DNA of 64,000 bases, taken from IMG/VR virus record IMGVR_UViG_3300042520_001628; one strand, given 5' to 3'. This DNA is from an uncultured virus (IMG/VR IMGVR_UViG_3300042520_001628) (lineage: Duplodnaviria > Heunggongvirae > Uroviricota > Caudoviricetes). A program made the translations under genes and the position numbers. The notes beneath the pieces are model-generated. The model saw only the letters and a list, made by a program, of their open reading frames with translations. It was not told where the DNA came from and ran no database searches. Shown here piece after piece: positions 1 to 7,577 of the stretch (positions are counted from its first letter, which is position 1; the number at the start of each line of letters is the position of its first letter).

Positions 1-43
1 CTCGCCATGGTGATCAAAACAAGAGTCGTTTAGGAGATTTATT

Positions 44-325
44 ATGGCAAATGTTATTTCGAAGAAGCGTCGTGTTATTAATTATTTGGCAGCTGGTCGT
101 GGTATTACCGCAGCAGAGGCTCGTAGTCGATTTGGTGTAAAGAACCTTCGTGCTATGATGAGCGACATTCGTGTTCTCGTTGAGCGTTACGGTAATTGGG
201 AAGTTGAAACTGAAGAGACTCGTTCTGGCAGCACACGCTACTTCATGCGCGATACTCACACAGGTCGTCGTAAGTTTAAGTTTGATGTTGATGGGTCGCG
301 TTCTGCAATCGCAGCAACTCGCTAA
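44..325 (+). CDS. Small basic protein, probable helix-turn-helix DNA-binding early protein
   Basis: AGGAG Shine-Dalgarno upstream; Arg-rich; 'GITAAEARSRFGVKNLRAMMSDIR' resembles a winged HTH; followed by a terminator. Confidence 0.55.
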   Translation: MANVISKKRRVINYLAAGRGITAAEARSRFGVKNLRAMMSDIRVLVERYGNWEVETEETRSGSTRYFMRDTHTGRRKFKFDVDGSRSAIAATR

Positions 326-338
326 TAATTAATTTTCG

Positions 339-371
339 GGGAAGGGTAATTAATTTTACCCTTTTCTTTTT
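339..371 (+). terminator. Intrinsic terminator
   Basis: GAAGGGTAA-TTAATT-TTACCCTTT hairpin followed by a T-rich tract. Confidence 0.6.
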
Positions 372-737
372 ATGATCCCAGATGATGATCTTTTAAAGTT
401 TGCGTTTCCTATGTGCCTTGGTATTCCACGGCAAAAGAAACACTTATCTTTAATCTTTAATAAGAAGCGTTTGGTATCGGTGGGTGCTAATTATTTTAAG
501 ACACACCCAAAGGCTAAGAAGTTAGGTTATCTTTATAATGAAATGCATTCTGAATTGGATGCATATCGAAAGGTTCCTAAGTATATGCGAGATAAAAAAT
601 TAACTCTTATCAATATTCGCATGAATGCTGATGGAGAACTAAGAATGTCTCGCCCATGTGAAGTTTGTAGTGGTTGGTGTGTTGAAGTTTTTGATCGAAT
701 CTATTATACTGATAATGAGGGTTTTAAGCGACTATGA
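372..737 (+). CDS. Zn-dependent deaminase (cytidine/dCMP deaminase fold)
   Basis: HxE motif (MHSELDA) and PCxxC motif (SRPCEVC), ending in 'RIYYT'. Confidence 0.75.
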   Translation: MIPDDDLLKFAFPMCLGIPRQKKHLSLIFNKKRLVSVGANYFKTHPKAKKLGYLYNEMHSELDAYRKVPKYMRDKKLTLINIRMNADGELRMSRPCEVCSGWCVEVFDRIYYTDNEGFKRL

Positions 738-991
738 GCCAGTATCGACTCCATATTGATATTCCAATGCCATTCACTGAAGAAGAGGCTCTGAAGGCTT
801 CTGAATTGATTGTAGGGGCAATTAATAATATGATTCTAATTGATCATTGCAATATTACAGAGATTAATTACCGCCTTGGTCATGATGATGACCGACAGAA
901 GAGTAATTATTTCACAAAGAATGAAAATGGACATGTGAACAATAAAAAGTGCAAGATTCACTTGACAAAGAATGAAAGTATGGTAGAATAA
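734..991 (+). CDS. Hypothetical protein
   Basis: 85-aa ORF overlapping the upstream stop (ATGA). Confidence 0.6.
   Translation: MSQYRLHIDIPMPFTEEEALKASELIVGAINNMILIDHCNITEINYRLGHDDDRQKSNYFTKNENGHVNNKKCKIHLTKNESMVE
962..989 (+). promoter_or_regulatory. Sigma70-type early promoter for tRNA-Ile
   Basis: TTGACA (962-967), 16 nt, TAGAAT (984-989) with extended TG; 9 nt upstream of the tRNA. Confidence 0.7.
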
Positions 992-998
992 TACTAAC

Positions 999-1073
999 GC
1001 GCCACGGGAGGTCTTGGTTATCTCAGCTCGACTTATAATCGAGTAAGACTTGGTTCGAATCCAAGGTGGCGTA
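999..1073 (+). tRNA. tRNA-Ile(UAU), CCA not encoded
   Basis: Acceptor GCGCCAC/GTGGCGT + discriminator A; anticodon arm CTCGA-CTTATAA-TCGAG (TAT at 1034-1036); T-arm CTTGG-TTCGAAT-CCAAG; D-region slightly non-canonical (G at position 8). Confidence 0.85.
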
Positions 1074-1075
1074 TT

Positions 1076-1411
1076 ATGACAATCGAAGATGTCTTAAAAA
1101 CATGCAAACCAATTCTAGCCACCAGAACAAAAGCTGGTGATTCTAGATGTTTTTTTGAAGACGAAGAAAATAAAATTGTTTATGTTTTTGGTCCATCCTC
1201 TTATATTCGACAAGGATTTCCAAAAAAGAATCAAGAATATATTGAAGTTTTAGAATTTGAAAATGGACCATATATTGGTCTTGGTGATGAAGTTTTGTCT
1301 GGTAAATTTGCAACTGGTTTAGGTATCACATATGATCATGGTATACCTCTAGTAACAATAAATTATGCGAATGAACCTAAAAAAACTAAAAGAAAAAAGA
1401 AAAATAAATAA
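1076..1411 (+). CDS. Hypothetical protein with basic C-terminus
   Basis: 111-aa ORF whose ATG lies 2 nt after the tRNA 3' end. Confidence 0.65.
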   Translation: MTIEDVLKTCKPILATRTKAGDSRCFFEDEENKIVYVFGPSSYIRQGFPKKNQEYIEVLEFENGPYIGLGDEVLSGKFATGLGITYDHGIPLVTINYANEPKKTKRKKKNK

Positions 1412-1415
1412 TAGT

Positions 1416-1570
1416 GGGAATATGGGTTTGGTATTTGTGTAAAATTTCTTGAGTTTCACCGAGAACGTTCATTACGTTTATTTAATGCGTATAATTTCGA
1501 ATATCTTGGGACTGTCATAGAATAAGAAATCTTATATAAATACTAGAAAGTTCGACTCTTTCTATTCCTA
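1416..1570 (+). ncRNA. Putative tRNA-like structured RNA with a long rod replacing the anticodon arm
   Basis: GGGAATA/TATTCCT+A acceptor-like stem; GAAAG-TTCGACT-CTTTC T-arm; long internal helix GTATTTGTGTAA.ATTTCTT / AAGAAAT.TTATATAAATAC; fills the intergenic gap. Confidence 0.6.
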
Positions 1571-1572
1571 TT

Positions 1573-1785
1573 ATGCAAGACAAAAAACTCATTTACGGTA
1601 AAATCGAAGTTGATGGAAGATGCTTAGACCTTCTGTTTACAGAAGTTGAAATTGCAAGAGCAAATAAAAGGGCAATCGATCCTTTAAATTCTGCTCTTAT
1701 ACCAGAAAATGTAAATACTTGCTGGCCTATAGAAAAACCACCAGAATGTTCATTCTGGAATCGTATAACTGGAAATTGTAAATAA
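1573..1785 (+). CDS. Hypothetical protein
   Basis: 70-aa ORF; ATG 2 nt after the tRNA-like element; TATAAATA at 1535-1542. Confidence 0.55.
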   Translation: MQDKKLIYGKIEVDGRCLDLLFTEVEIARANKRAIDPLNSALIPENVNTCWPIEKPPECSFWNRITGNCK

Positions 1786-1803
1786 TCTTTGAAAGGATTT
1801 ATT

Positions 1804-2145
1804 ATGGCAGATAATGTAAATATTGTTCGTTTGTCTACTGGTGAAGAAATTGTGTGTCAGATGTCTATTGTTGAAAATGGATCTCAAGTTTCCTATCTTA
1901 TTAAAGATGCAGCGATTCTTATTCCAAATCCAACAGATGGACGTTTGATGTTTGGTCGCTGGCTCCCATACACTAAGAGTGATAATGGTATTACTGTAGA
2001 TTCTAAGTTTGTTATGTTTGTTGTTGAGCCAACAGAAGATCTTAAGCAACATTATCTTACTACGATTGTCAATAATCTTGCAGTTCCTACTCGTAAGCTT
2101 GTTGAACCGTCAATGGATAATAAGTTAAAGCTTACTCTTGACTAA
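1804..2145 (+). CDS. Conserved T4-like phage protein, possible Sm-like beta-barrel
   Basis: AAAGGA SD before ATG 1804; 'IVRLSTGEEIVC' resembles the N-terminus of 56908..57636 ('FKLVSGEEIIG'). Confidence 0.6.
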   Translation: MADNVNIVRLSTGEEIVCQMSIVENGSQVSYLIKDAAILIPNPTDGRLMFGRWLPYTKSDNGITVDSKFVMFVVEPTEDLKQHYLTTIVNNLAVPTRKLVEPSMDNKLKLTLD

Positions 2146-2166
2146 AAATAACAAGTATAGTATACT
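2138..2166 (+). promoter_or_regulatory. Sigma70-type early promoter for tRNA-Arg
   Basis: TTGACT, 17 nt, TATACT; 8 nt upstream of the tRNA. Confidence 0.7.
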
Positions 2167-2174
2167 GAGTTAAT

Positions 2175-2248
2175 ATTCCCGTAGCTCAGTTGGATAGAGC
2201 AACGGTTTTCTAAACCGTTGGTCAGTGGTTCGAGTCCACTCGGGAATG
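2175..2248 (+). tRNA. tRNA-Arg(UCU), CCA not encoded
   Basis: Acceptor ATTCCCG/CGGGAAT + G; D-arm GCTC-AGTTGGATA-GAGC; anticodon arm ACGGT-TTTCTAA-ACCGT; T-arm AGTGG-TTCGAGT-CCACT. Confidence 0.95.
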
Positions 2249-2265
2249 CTTTAAAAGGAGAAAAT

Positions 2266-2613
2266 ATGCGTAATTCAAGTATTGTTGTATCTATCGTGGC
2301 ATTGGCCGTTCTAGTTTTTAGTCTTATTGCTTCACAGTACACAAAGAATACACAGGTAGTTGGTGTAGCAAGTCTTATTTGTGTAGGGCTTATTGCTGTC
2401 AGCACACTTCTTTGTTGTCTATCTACGCCGTCAGAGGCTAAGAAGCGTGATGAAGCTTATTCATTCAATGAAGAAATGCGATCTGTATGGGAACGATTCC
2501 GATCTGTTGAAGATCAAATGAATGATTTGAATGCTGATTCTAATCGTTTCTACGATCAACAAATTCAAGAAGTACATAATCGAATTGATAATCTAGATTC
2601 AAAACGAAAGTAA
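2266..2613 (+). CDS. Membrane protein, two TM helices plus C-terminal coiled coil
   Basis: AAGGAG SD before ATG 2266; two hydrophobic segments then a charged helical tail. Confidence 0.7.
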   Translation: MRNSSIVVSIVALAVLVFSLIASQYTKNTQVVGVASLICVGLIAVSTLLCCLSTPSEAKKRDEAYSFNEEMRSVWERFRSVEDQMNDLNADSNRFYDQQIQEVHNRIDNLDSKRK

Positions 2614-2628
2614 ATTAAATTATTTTTG

Positions 2629-2660
2629 AAACCCAGTTGAGAAATCAACTGGGTTTTTTT
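2629..2660 (+). terminator. Intrinsic terminator
   Basis: AAACCCAGTTGA-GAAA-TCAACTGGGTTT perfect stem, GNRA loop, T-run. Confidence 0.9.
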
Positions 2661-2678
2661 ATTATCATAAATATTTCT

Positions 2679-2897
2679 ATGATAGAACTCCACTTTTCAT
2701 ACAGTTTTAATTTATTTGGAGCAAAACCAAAAAGAGATATAGAAAAATTAAATGACTATAAGATTTTATTCTATGGAGTTTCTGATGATAAAGTTGAATT
2801 GATTGTTTTATGTCCTACCAGAGACATATCAGAAAAGCTAAAACAATTTTTAGCTATTGCTTATGAAATTCTTCCAAAAAAAGAATTATTGAAATAA
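2679..2897 (+). CDS. Hypothetical late protein
   Basis: ATG 5 nt after CATAAATA late-promoter motif (2666-2673). Confidence 0.55.
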   Translation: MIELHFSYSFNLFGAKPKRDIEKLNDYKILFYGVSDDKVELIVLCPTRDISEKLKQFLAIAYEILPKKELLK

Positions 2898-3941
2898 TCT
2901 TCTTAGTAAATTTTTACTGGATAATAGTGAAGAATCTGTAGTAACATTTATTGGTGTAGTTAATTGTGTTTTAAGTCTTATATTTTCTTGTGTTAAAGAT
3001 TCTATAACATTAGTTGTTTGAGTAATCTCAACGTCACTTAAAAGCCCAACACAAAATTGATTTGGATAGAAATTACTTTTTATATTATTAAAATTATCTT
3101 CTCTTAATTTTGATTGCAATTCAGTATGATTATCAACACATTCGATTATAGAATTATTTGTTGTTAATTCACATTTACCTAAAGTGTTATTATCATAAGT
3201 CAATTGAATTTTATTAATATTTTTTTGATTCAAAGTTATTAATAAAGGTGTTCCTATAAAATTTAAATTTGAAAGATCACCAAAAACAACTAAAGTTTCT
3301 TTTCCCTCAGCATCTATCTCATAAGAATCAATTTTATATTTTTCGTCTTTATTTTGTATTTGGAGATAATCTCCAATTTTTAATCCAAGATATGAAAATG
3401 AATTTTTACTATTTTTTCCAAGGTAATTGAAAATATAACTTTTTGTTTCTTTTTTATTCGGAACTACTGTTGTGGATAATTGTACTGTAGGTAGTTGTTC
3501 GAAGAATTCTTTATCATATCTTGTTATTTTTGATGAATAAGAATCAATAGAAACTACCTCAGTAAAAATGATATTATCAACTATTTTTAAAAATTTATAA
3601 GTTCCTGATAAATTAAATGTAGTTTTATCTATGGTTGGATTTACCCAAGTTCCATTTGATATTGAAAAATTTAATCCATTTATTAATAAATCAAAAAATG
3701 GTTTTATATTCGATGATTGTGGATTATTTAAATAATCTGAAAAATCTATCAGAGCTTTTGTAAAGTTATCATAAAATGTAATATTTGGTACTACAATTAT
3801 TTTTCTTTCAATATTTGTTTTTTGCTCATCGAAAATCTTTGTTTGAATACCATAAAAAACATTACTACGAACAGGGACGAGTTCAACGTCCTCCCCTCTA
3901 GATTTTGTTTTGCTTTTTAAATATGACGATTTTGATGCCAT
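2886..3941 (-). CDS. Hypothetical protein, probably virion-associated
   Basis: 351-aa ORF directly downstream of 3943..5220. Confidence 0.65.
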   Translation of the reverse strand: MASKSSYLKSKTKSRGEDVELVPVRSNVFYGIQTKIFDEQKTNIERKIIVVPNITFYDNFTKALIDFSDYLNNPQSSNIKPFFDLLINGLNFSISNGTWVNPTIDKTTFNLSGTYKFLKIVDNIIFTEVVSIDSYSSKITRYDKEFFEQLPTVQLSTTVVPNKKETKSYIFNYLGKNSKNSFSYLGLKIGDYLQIQNKDEKYKIDSYEIDAEGKETLVVFGDLSNLNFIGTPLLITLNQKNINKIQLTYDNNTLGKCELTTNNSIIECVDNHTELQSKLREDNFNNIKSNFYPNQFCVGLLSDVEITQTTNVIESLTQENIRLKTQLTTPINVTTDSSLLSSKNLLRRLFQ

Positions 3942-3942
3942 A

Positions 3943-5220
3943 TTACGATGCCAAGTATGTTACTCTTTGTCCAGTTGAGGCTGACCTTGCATAAATTTTA
4001 TTTGGATTGTCTATTTCAATGAATATAGATTCACCTGGTTCTAGTGGGAAACCATCTGTTGGTGTTGTTACTAAAGTAGTTGATCCAATATAAATTGTAT
4101 CTGTATTTGTTAAAGGTGCTTTAACATGTACACCAATTTTAATAGTTACTGATGCTGATATTGCGGTGGCTGTAGTTGTAAGATCTTTTTTACCATTTAC
4201 AAATTTGGTTGGTTTTACTATTTCTGTAATTTTAGACTGTACAATACCAGTATTTAATTTTTCATTAATTGATGAAAGAGTAGCGGTGTTAGTCTTGATG
4301 CTGACAAGATTCGTAATAAGTGGTTTACTTGTTGATTCTAATGAATCAATTATATCGGTATCATCAATTGTGACAGTGCCAGTAACGCCCACAGGAATTG
4401 CTGTGACAGCTCCGACTTCAAGAGCACCACCAGCAAGTCTTCCTTGCACGATGACCGCAGCATCGGTTGTAACGCCACTACCACAGACTTTAAGCGGAAG
4501 ACCATTACCATTAGTTACACCAACAACAGGATTTATAGAAATTGTTGCTGTAATTCCAGCACCAACAACATTGACATTGAGGGCATTACCAGAGTATCCT
4601 AGTGTTGTTCCATCACTAGCATAAATTCTAGAAAGAACTTTAGTACCATTATCAGAACCCCAAACAGAAATGGAGTTAGTACCAGCAGTTAATGCAAGAC
4701 CACCAGAAATACCAACATTACCAAAAACAGTAACGCTGTCTGTATTGCTATTCAAAATTCTACCACCAGTAACACCAACCAAAACTCCGTTGGTAATACC
4801 TTGAACGCTGAGATTTTGATTTAAACGTACAGTACCAGTAACTCCAAGAAGAACACCGTTAGTAATTCCTTGAACATAACCAGAAACTTGAACTGGATTA
4901 TAACCAAACGTAAATCCTGCTGTTGGGCCACCAACAATCAAGAAGCCGTTTCTTGTATTTGTTATAGGGAATACGCCACCAGTTCCGGTTACGGTTCCAG
5001 TAATTCCTATTGCAGCAGACCCAGTTGTACCGTATAAATATATTGGAAGAGGATTTGTTTCACTGACTCTTTTTGTAATAGACTCAGATCCCCACGCTAA
5101 TTTAGCTAATTGAACATGTGCGGCGGTAACACCAGTTCCACTAGTCCCATAATCGGTTGCTAAAGTAGCATTTCCATCATAAGTAGTGATTGAAATATTA
5201 CTGGTAATATCTTCTGCCAT
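3943..5220 (-). CDS. Gly/Thr/Val-rich putative structural (fibre/decoration) protein
   Basis: AAGGA SD; many G-x-T-G motifs; internal repeat VQGITNGVLxGVTG; beta-rich C-terminal domain. Confidence 0.6.
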   Translation of the reverse strand: MAEDITSNISITTYDGNATLATDYGTSGTGVTAAHVQLAKLAWGSESITKRVSETNPLPIYLYGTTGSAAIGITGTVTGTGGVFPITNTRNGFLIVGGPTAGFTFGYNPVQVSGYVQGITNGVLLGVTGTVRLNQNLSVQGITNGVLVGVTGGRILNSNTDSVTVFGNVGISGGLALTAGTNSISVWGSDNGTKVLSRIYASDGTTLGYSGNALNVNVVGAGITATISINPVVGVTNGNGLPLKVCGSGVTTDAAVIVQGRLAGGALEVGAVTAIPVGVTGTVTIDDTDIIDSLESTSKPLITNLVSIKTNTATLSSINEKLNTGIVQSKITEIVKPTKFVNGKKDLTTTATAISASVTIKIGVHVKAPLTNTDTIYIGSTTLVTTPTDGFPLEPGESIFIEIDNPNKIYARSASTGQRVTYLAS

Positions 5221-5267
5221 AGTAATCCTTTATTTTTATATATAATTAATCTTTTAACAGGTGAAAA

Positions 5268-5495
5268 ATGCTTACAAATATAACAAAAGAAGAATTTTCG
5301 AAAAAAGTAGAAAATCGAGTATCAAAAAGAAAAGCGACATATTTAGAAACAATTATTGATTTACAAGAAGAATATGGTTTAGATTATTCGTTAATTGCTA
5401 AACTATTATCTCAACCATTAATTGAAAAACTTGAGTCAGAAGGTAGAAATATTAATCTAATCAAAAAGTCTAAAAATAGTTTACCTTTTGCTTGA
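5268..5495 (+). CDS. 33: Late transcription co-activator gp33
   Basis: 75 aa, 'YLETIIDLQEEYGLD...AKLLSQPLIEKLESEGRNINLIK'; upstream of gene 32. Confidence 0.8.
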   Translation: MLTNITKEEFSKKVENRVSKRKATYLETIIDLQEEYGLDYSLIAKLLSQPLIEKLESEGRNINLIKKSKNSLPFA

Positions 5496-5520
5496 CATAG
5501 TTGATACAAACAGATACAAT
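5492..5520 (+). promoter_or_regulatory. Sigma70-type promoter for gene 32
   Basis: TTGACA, 17 nt, TACAAT. Confidence 0.8.
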
Positions 5521-5577
5521 CCAGACGCGGGGAGTTCCCGTAGTTAGAATAATGGAGGAGATCTCCAGGAGAAAATT

Positions 5578-6468
5578 ATGAGTTTTAAGGATTTTAAGAA
5601 TCGTTCAAAGAATAGCATTTCAGACCTCATGAAGAAGCTTGAGGATGGTGTCAAGAAGGATTATAAGGATGATCGTTTCTGGCGACCAGAACAAGATAAG
5701 ATGGGAAATGGATTTGCAGTAATTCGTTTTCTTCCAGAAATTAATGGTGAAGATTGCCCTTGGGTAAAGCTTTTTTCCCATGCCTTCCAAGGCCCAGGTG
5801 GATGGTATATTGAAAATTCACTCACAACCCTTAACCAAAAGGATCCTGTTAGTGAACTGAATAGTGAACTTTGGAATACTGGATCAGAAGAAGATAAGAA
5901 TATTGCTCGTTCGCGTAAGCGAAAGACAACATATATTTCCAACATCCTTGTAATCAAGGACGAAGCAAATCCACAAAATGAAGGTAAGGTATTCCTTTAT
6001 AAGTATGGAACTAAAATCTTTGACAAGATTCAGGAAAAGATGAAGCCAGAATTTAAGGATGAAGATCCAATCAATCCATTTGATTTTTGGAATGGTTGTA
6101 ACTTCAAGGTGAAGATTCGTAAAATTGGTGGATATACCAATTACGATAAGTCCGAGTTTGATGCTCCTTCAGCACTTTATGGTGGTGATGATAATAAGAT
6201 TGAAAAGCTATGGAATCAGGAACATTCTTTGAATGAGTTCATCAGTCCTAGTAGCTTTAAGTCTTATGATGATCTCAAGAATCGTCTTCATGAGGTTCTT
6301 GGTGGTGATATTCGCGGAACTGCCCCAGCAGTATCTCGAAATGCTGAAGATCTAGATGAGAATGATTTCCAGGAAAAGTCATCCTCAATGAAGCAAAAGC
6401 GACAAAAGATTGAAGATACGGTAGAAGATGAAGTAGATCCTATGAAGCTTTTTGAACAGATGGACTAA
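5578..6468 (+). CDS. 32: ssDNA-binding protein gp32
   Basis: 'DDRFW...GNGFAVIRFLP', 'HAFQGPGGWYIENS', 'NPFDFWNGCNFKVKIRK...NYDKSEF', acidic tail. Confidence 0.97.
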   Translation: MSFKDFKNRSKNSISDLMKKLEDGVKKDYKDDRFWRPEQDKMGNGFAVIRFLPEINGEDCPWVKLFSHAFQGPGGWYIENSLTTLNQKDPVSELNSELWNTGSEEDKNIARSRKRKTTYISNILVIKDEANPQNEGKVFLYKYGTKIFDKIQEKMKPEFKDEDPINPFDFWNGCNFKVKIRKIGGYTNYDKSEFDAPSALYGGDDNKIEKLWNQEHSLNEFISPSSFKSYDDLKNRLHEVLGGDIRGTAPAVSRNAEDLDENDFQEKSSSMKQKRQKIEDTVEDEVDPMKLFEQMD

Positions 6469-6473
6469 AAAAG

Positions 6474-6498
6474 AAACCCCCTCAAACGAGGGGGTTTT
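6474..6498. terminator. Bidirectional intrinsic terminator between convergent genes
   Basis: AAACCCCCTC-AAAC-GAGGGGGTTT with A- and T-rich flanks. Confidence 0.85.
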
Positions 6499-6501
6499 CA
6501 A

Positions 6502-7398
6502 TTATCCAGTATTCTTTCTCCACTTTGGTTTATTCACTGAATTTGAGAATAGATCACCATTTGATCCAGAACCAGCATATACAAGTGGTAGATTTGGTTT
6601 ATTCATACCAGACGGAGATCCTGATAATTGCTGATTAATACTAATAGGAGCATTCAATGATATTGGTTGTTCTTTTTGAGATTTGTTTGTTATATTTTTA
6701 TTTTCAACAGAAGTCTTATTCTCAATATTAGTTGTATTGTTTCTCATACTAGAAACATTCTTAATACTTTCGTTTTTTGTATTATTTACTAAAGAACCCT
6801 TTGTTAGAGTCTGTATAAAGTTTTGAAATGTTTTAGATTCTTTTAAAGGAACTACAGCTTCATTTTCGTGTAAATAAGCAACGGTTGGTTCTTTAACAAC
6901 ACCACCCTCTTTCAAAGCTGGTATTAAATTTGTTGTCTGTGTTAAATTTTTAATATTTGTTTTATTATCATAAAATTTATTAGAAATATTTTTTTGTGTT
7001 TCTTGTGATGGTGAAAATAAATTTTTATAATCAATATTTAAATATTTACTTGTTTTTTGTTCTGTCGAATTTGTTGAAAAATTTTTATATTCTTTATTTA
7101 CAGAATTAAAATAGTTATCTGTTGTTAAATAGTTTACATTTTTACTATTATGAAATGAAATATTTTTTAATTTTTCATTAATAATATTTGTTATTGGTGC
7201 TATGAGTTCTTTTTTTATAGAACCTAAATTTAAACCAGGTTCTGTTTTTACTAATTCTGGTTCTTTTTCTGGAGCTTTATAATTTTCTGAATTTATATCA
7301 GTTTTTTCCATAGTTTCTATAGAAAAACCATCAATTAAATTTTTGATTTTATCTTTTAATTCTTGTGGTACTTTATTTTTAGATTTTTGTAATTTCAT
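6502..7398 (-). CDS. Tape-measure/hub-like protein (short)
   Basis: 'PALKEGGVVKEPTVAYLHENEAVVPL' motif resembling tape-measure-associated segments; follows gp26/gp51; N/K/T-rich. Confidence 0.45.
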   Translation of the reverse strand: MKLQKSKNKVPQELKDKIKNLIDGFSIETMEKTDINSENYKAPEKEPELVKTEPGLNLGSIKKELIAPITNIINEKLKNISFHNSKNVNYLTTDNYFNSVNKEYKNFSTNSTEQKTSKYLNIDYKNLFSPSQETQKNISNKFYDNKTNIKNLTQTTNLIPALKEGGVVKEPTVAYLHENEAVVPLKESKTFQNFIQTLTKGSLVNNTKNESIKNVSSMRNNTTNIENKTSVENKNITNKSQKEQPISLNAPISINQQLSGSPSGMNKPNLPLVYAGSGSNGDLFSNSVNKPKWRKNTG

Positions 7399-7577
7399 CT
7401 GAATTTACTCTTTTCTTTTTCCACATCTACCCTCAGTTGCTCCACATACAAGTCTCTTTCCCAAGGAAGCATTCCTTCCAGATCTGCTAAATTGAATCCA
7501 TAATTTTTTGTTAAAATATACATTAATTCAAAATAGCTTTTTAGTGATATGTGACTGAGGGTTATGAAAAAAAATCT
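7395..7577 (-). CDS. 51: gp51-like baseplate hub assembly frame (absent from ORF track; possibly reached by -1 frameshift from gp26)
   Basis: Manual translation RFFFITLSHISLKSYFELMYILTKNYGFNLADLEGMLPWERDLYVEQLRVDVEKEKSKFR*; 'M.PWER..YV..L' is the gp51-like signature; first ATG only at 7523. Confidence 0.75.
   Translation of the reverse strand, partial: RFFFITLSHISLKSYFELMYILTKNYGFNLADLEGMLPWERDLYVEQLRVDVEKEKSKFR

Noticed and set aside
1416..1570. tmRNA or group I intron-containing tRNA
   Set aside because: Too short, no G3-U70 pair, no evident tag frame or intron core; kept only as a tRNA-like RNA
2218..2265. Longer start for the membrane protein
   Set aside because: Overlaps tRNA-Arg; ATG 2266 has a clear AAGGAG SD
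2637..2678. Longer start for ORF 2679
   Set aside because: Lies inside the terminator hairpin
4166..4624. 152-aa plus-strand ORF, and other antisense or off-frame ORFs such as 5661, 33420, 37104, 51971, 53628 and 54027
   Set aside because: Shadows of well-supported genes, with no SD or recognisable motifs
4766..4875. Direct repeat encoding VQGITNGVLxGVTG twice as a possible DGR pair
   Set aside because: Differences are mostly synonymous and not adenine-specific; ordinary internal protein repeat
6452..6634. 60-aa ORF after gp32
   Set aside because: Crosses the bidirectional terminator and overlaps the convergent gene
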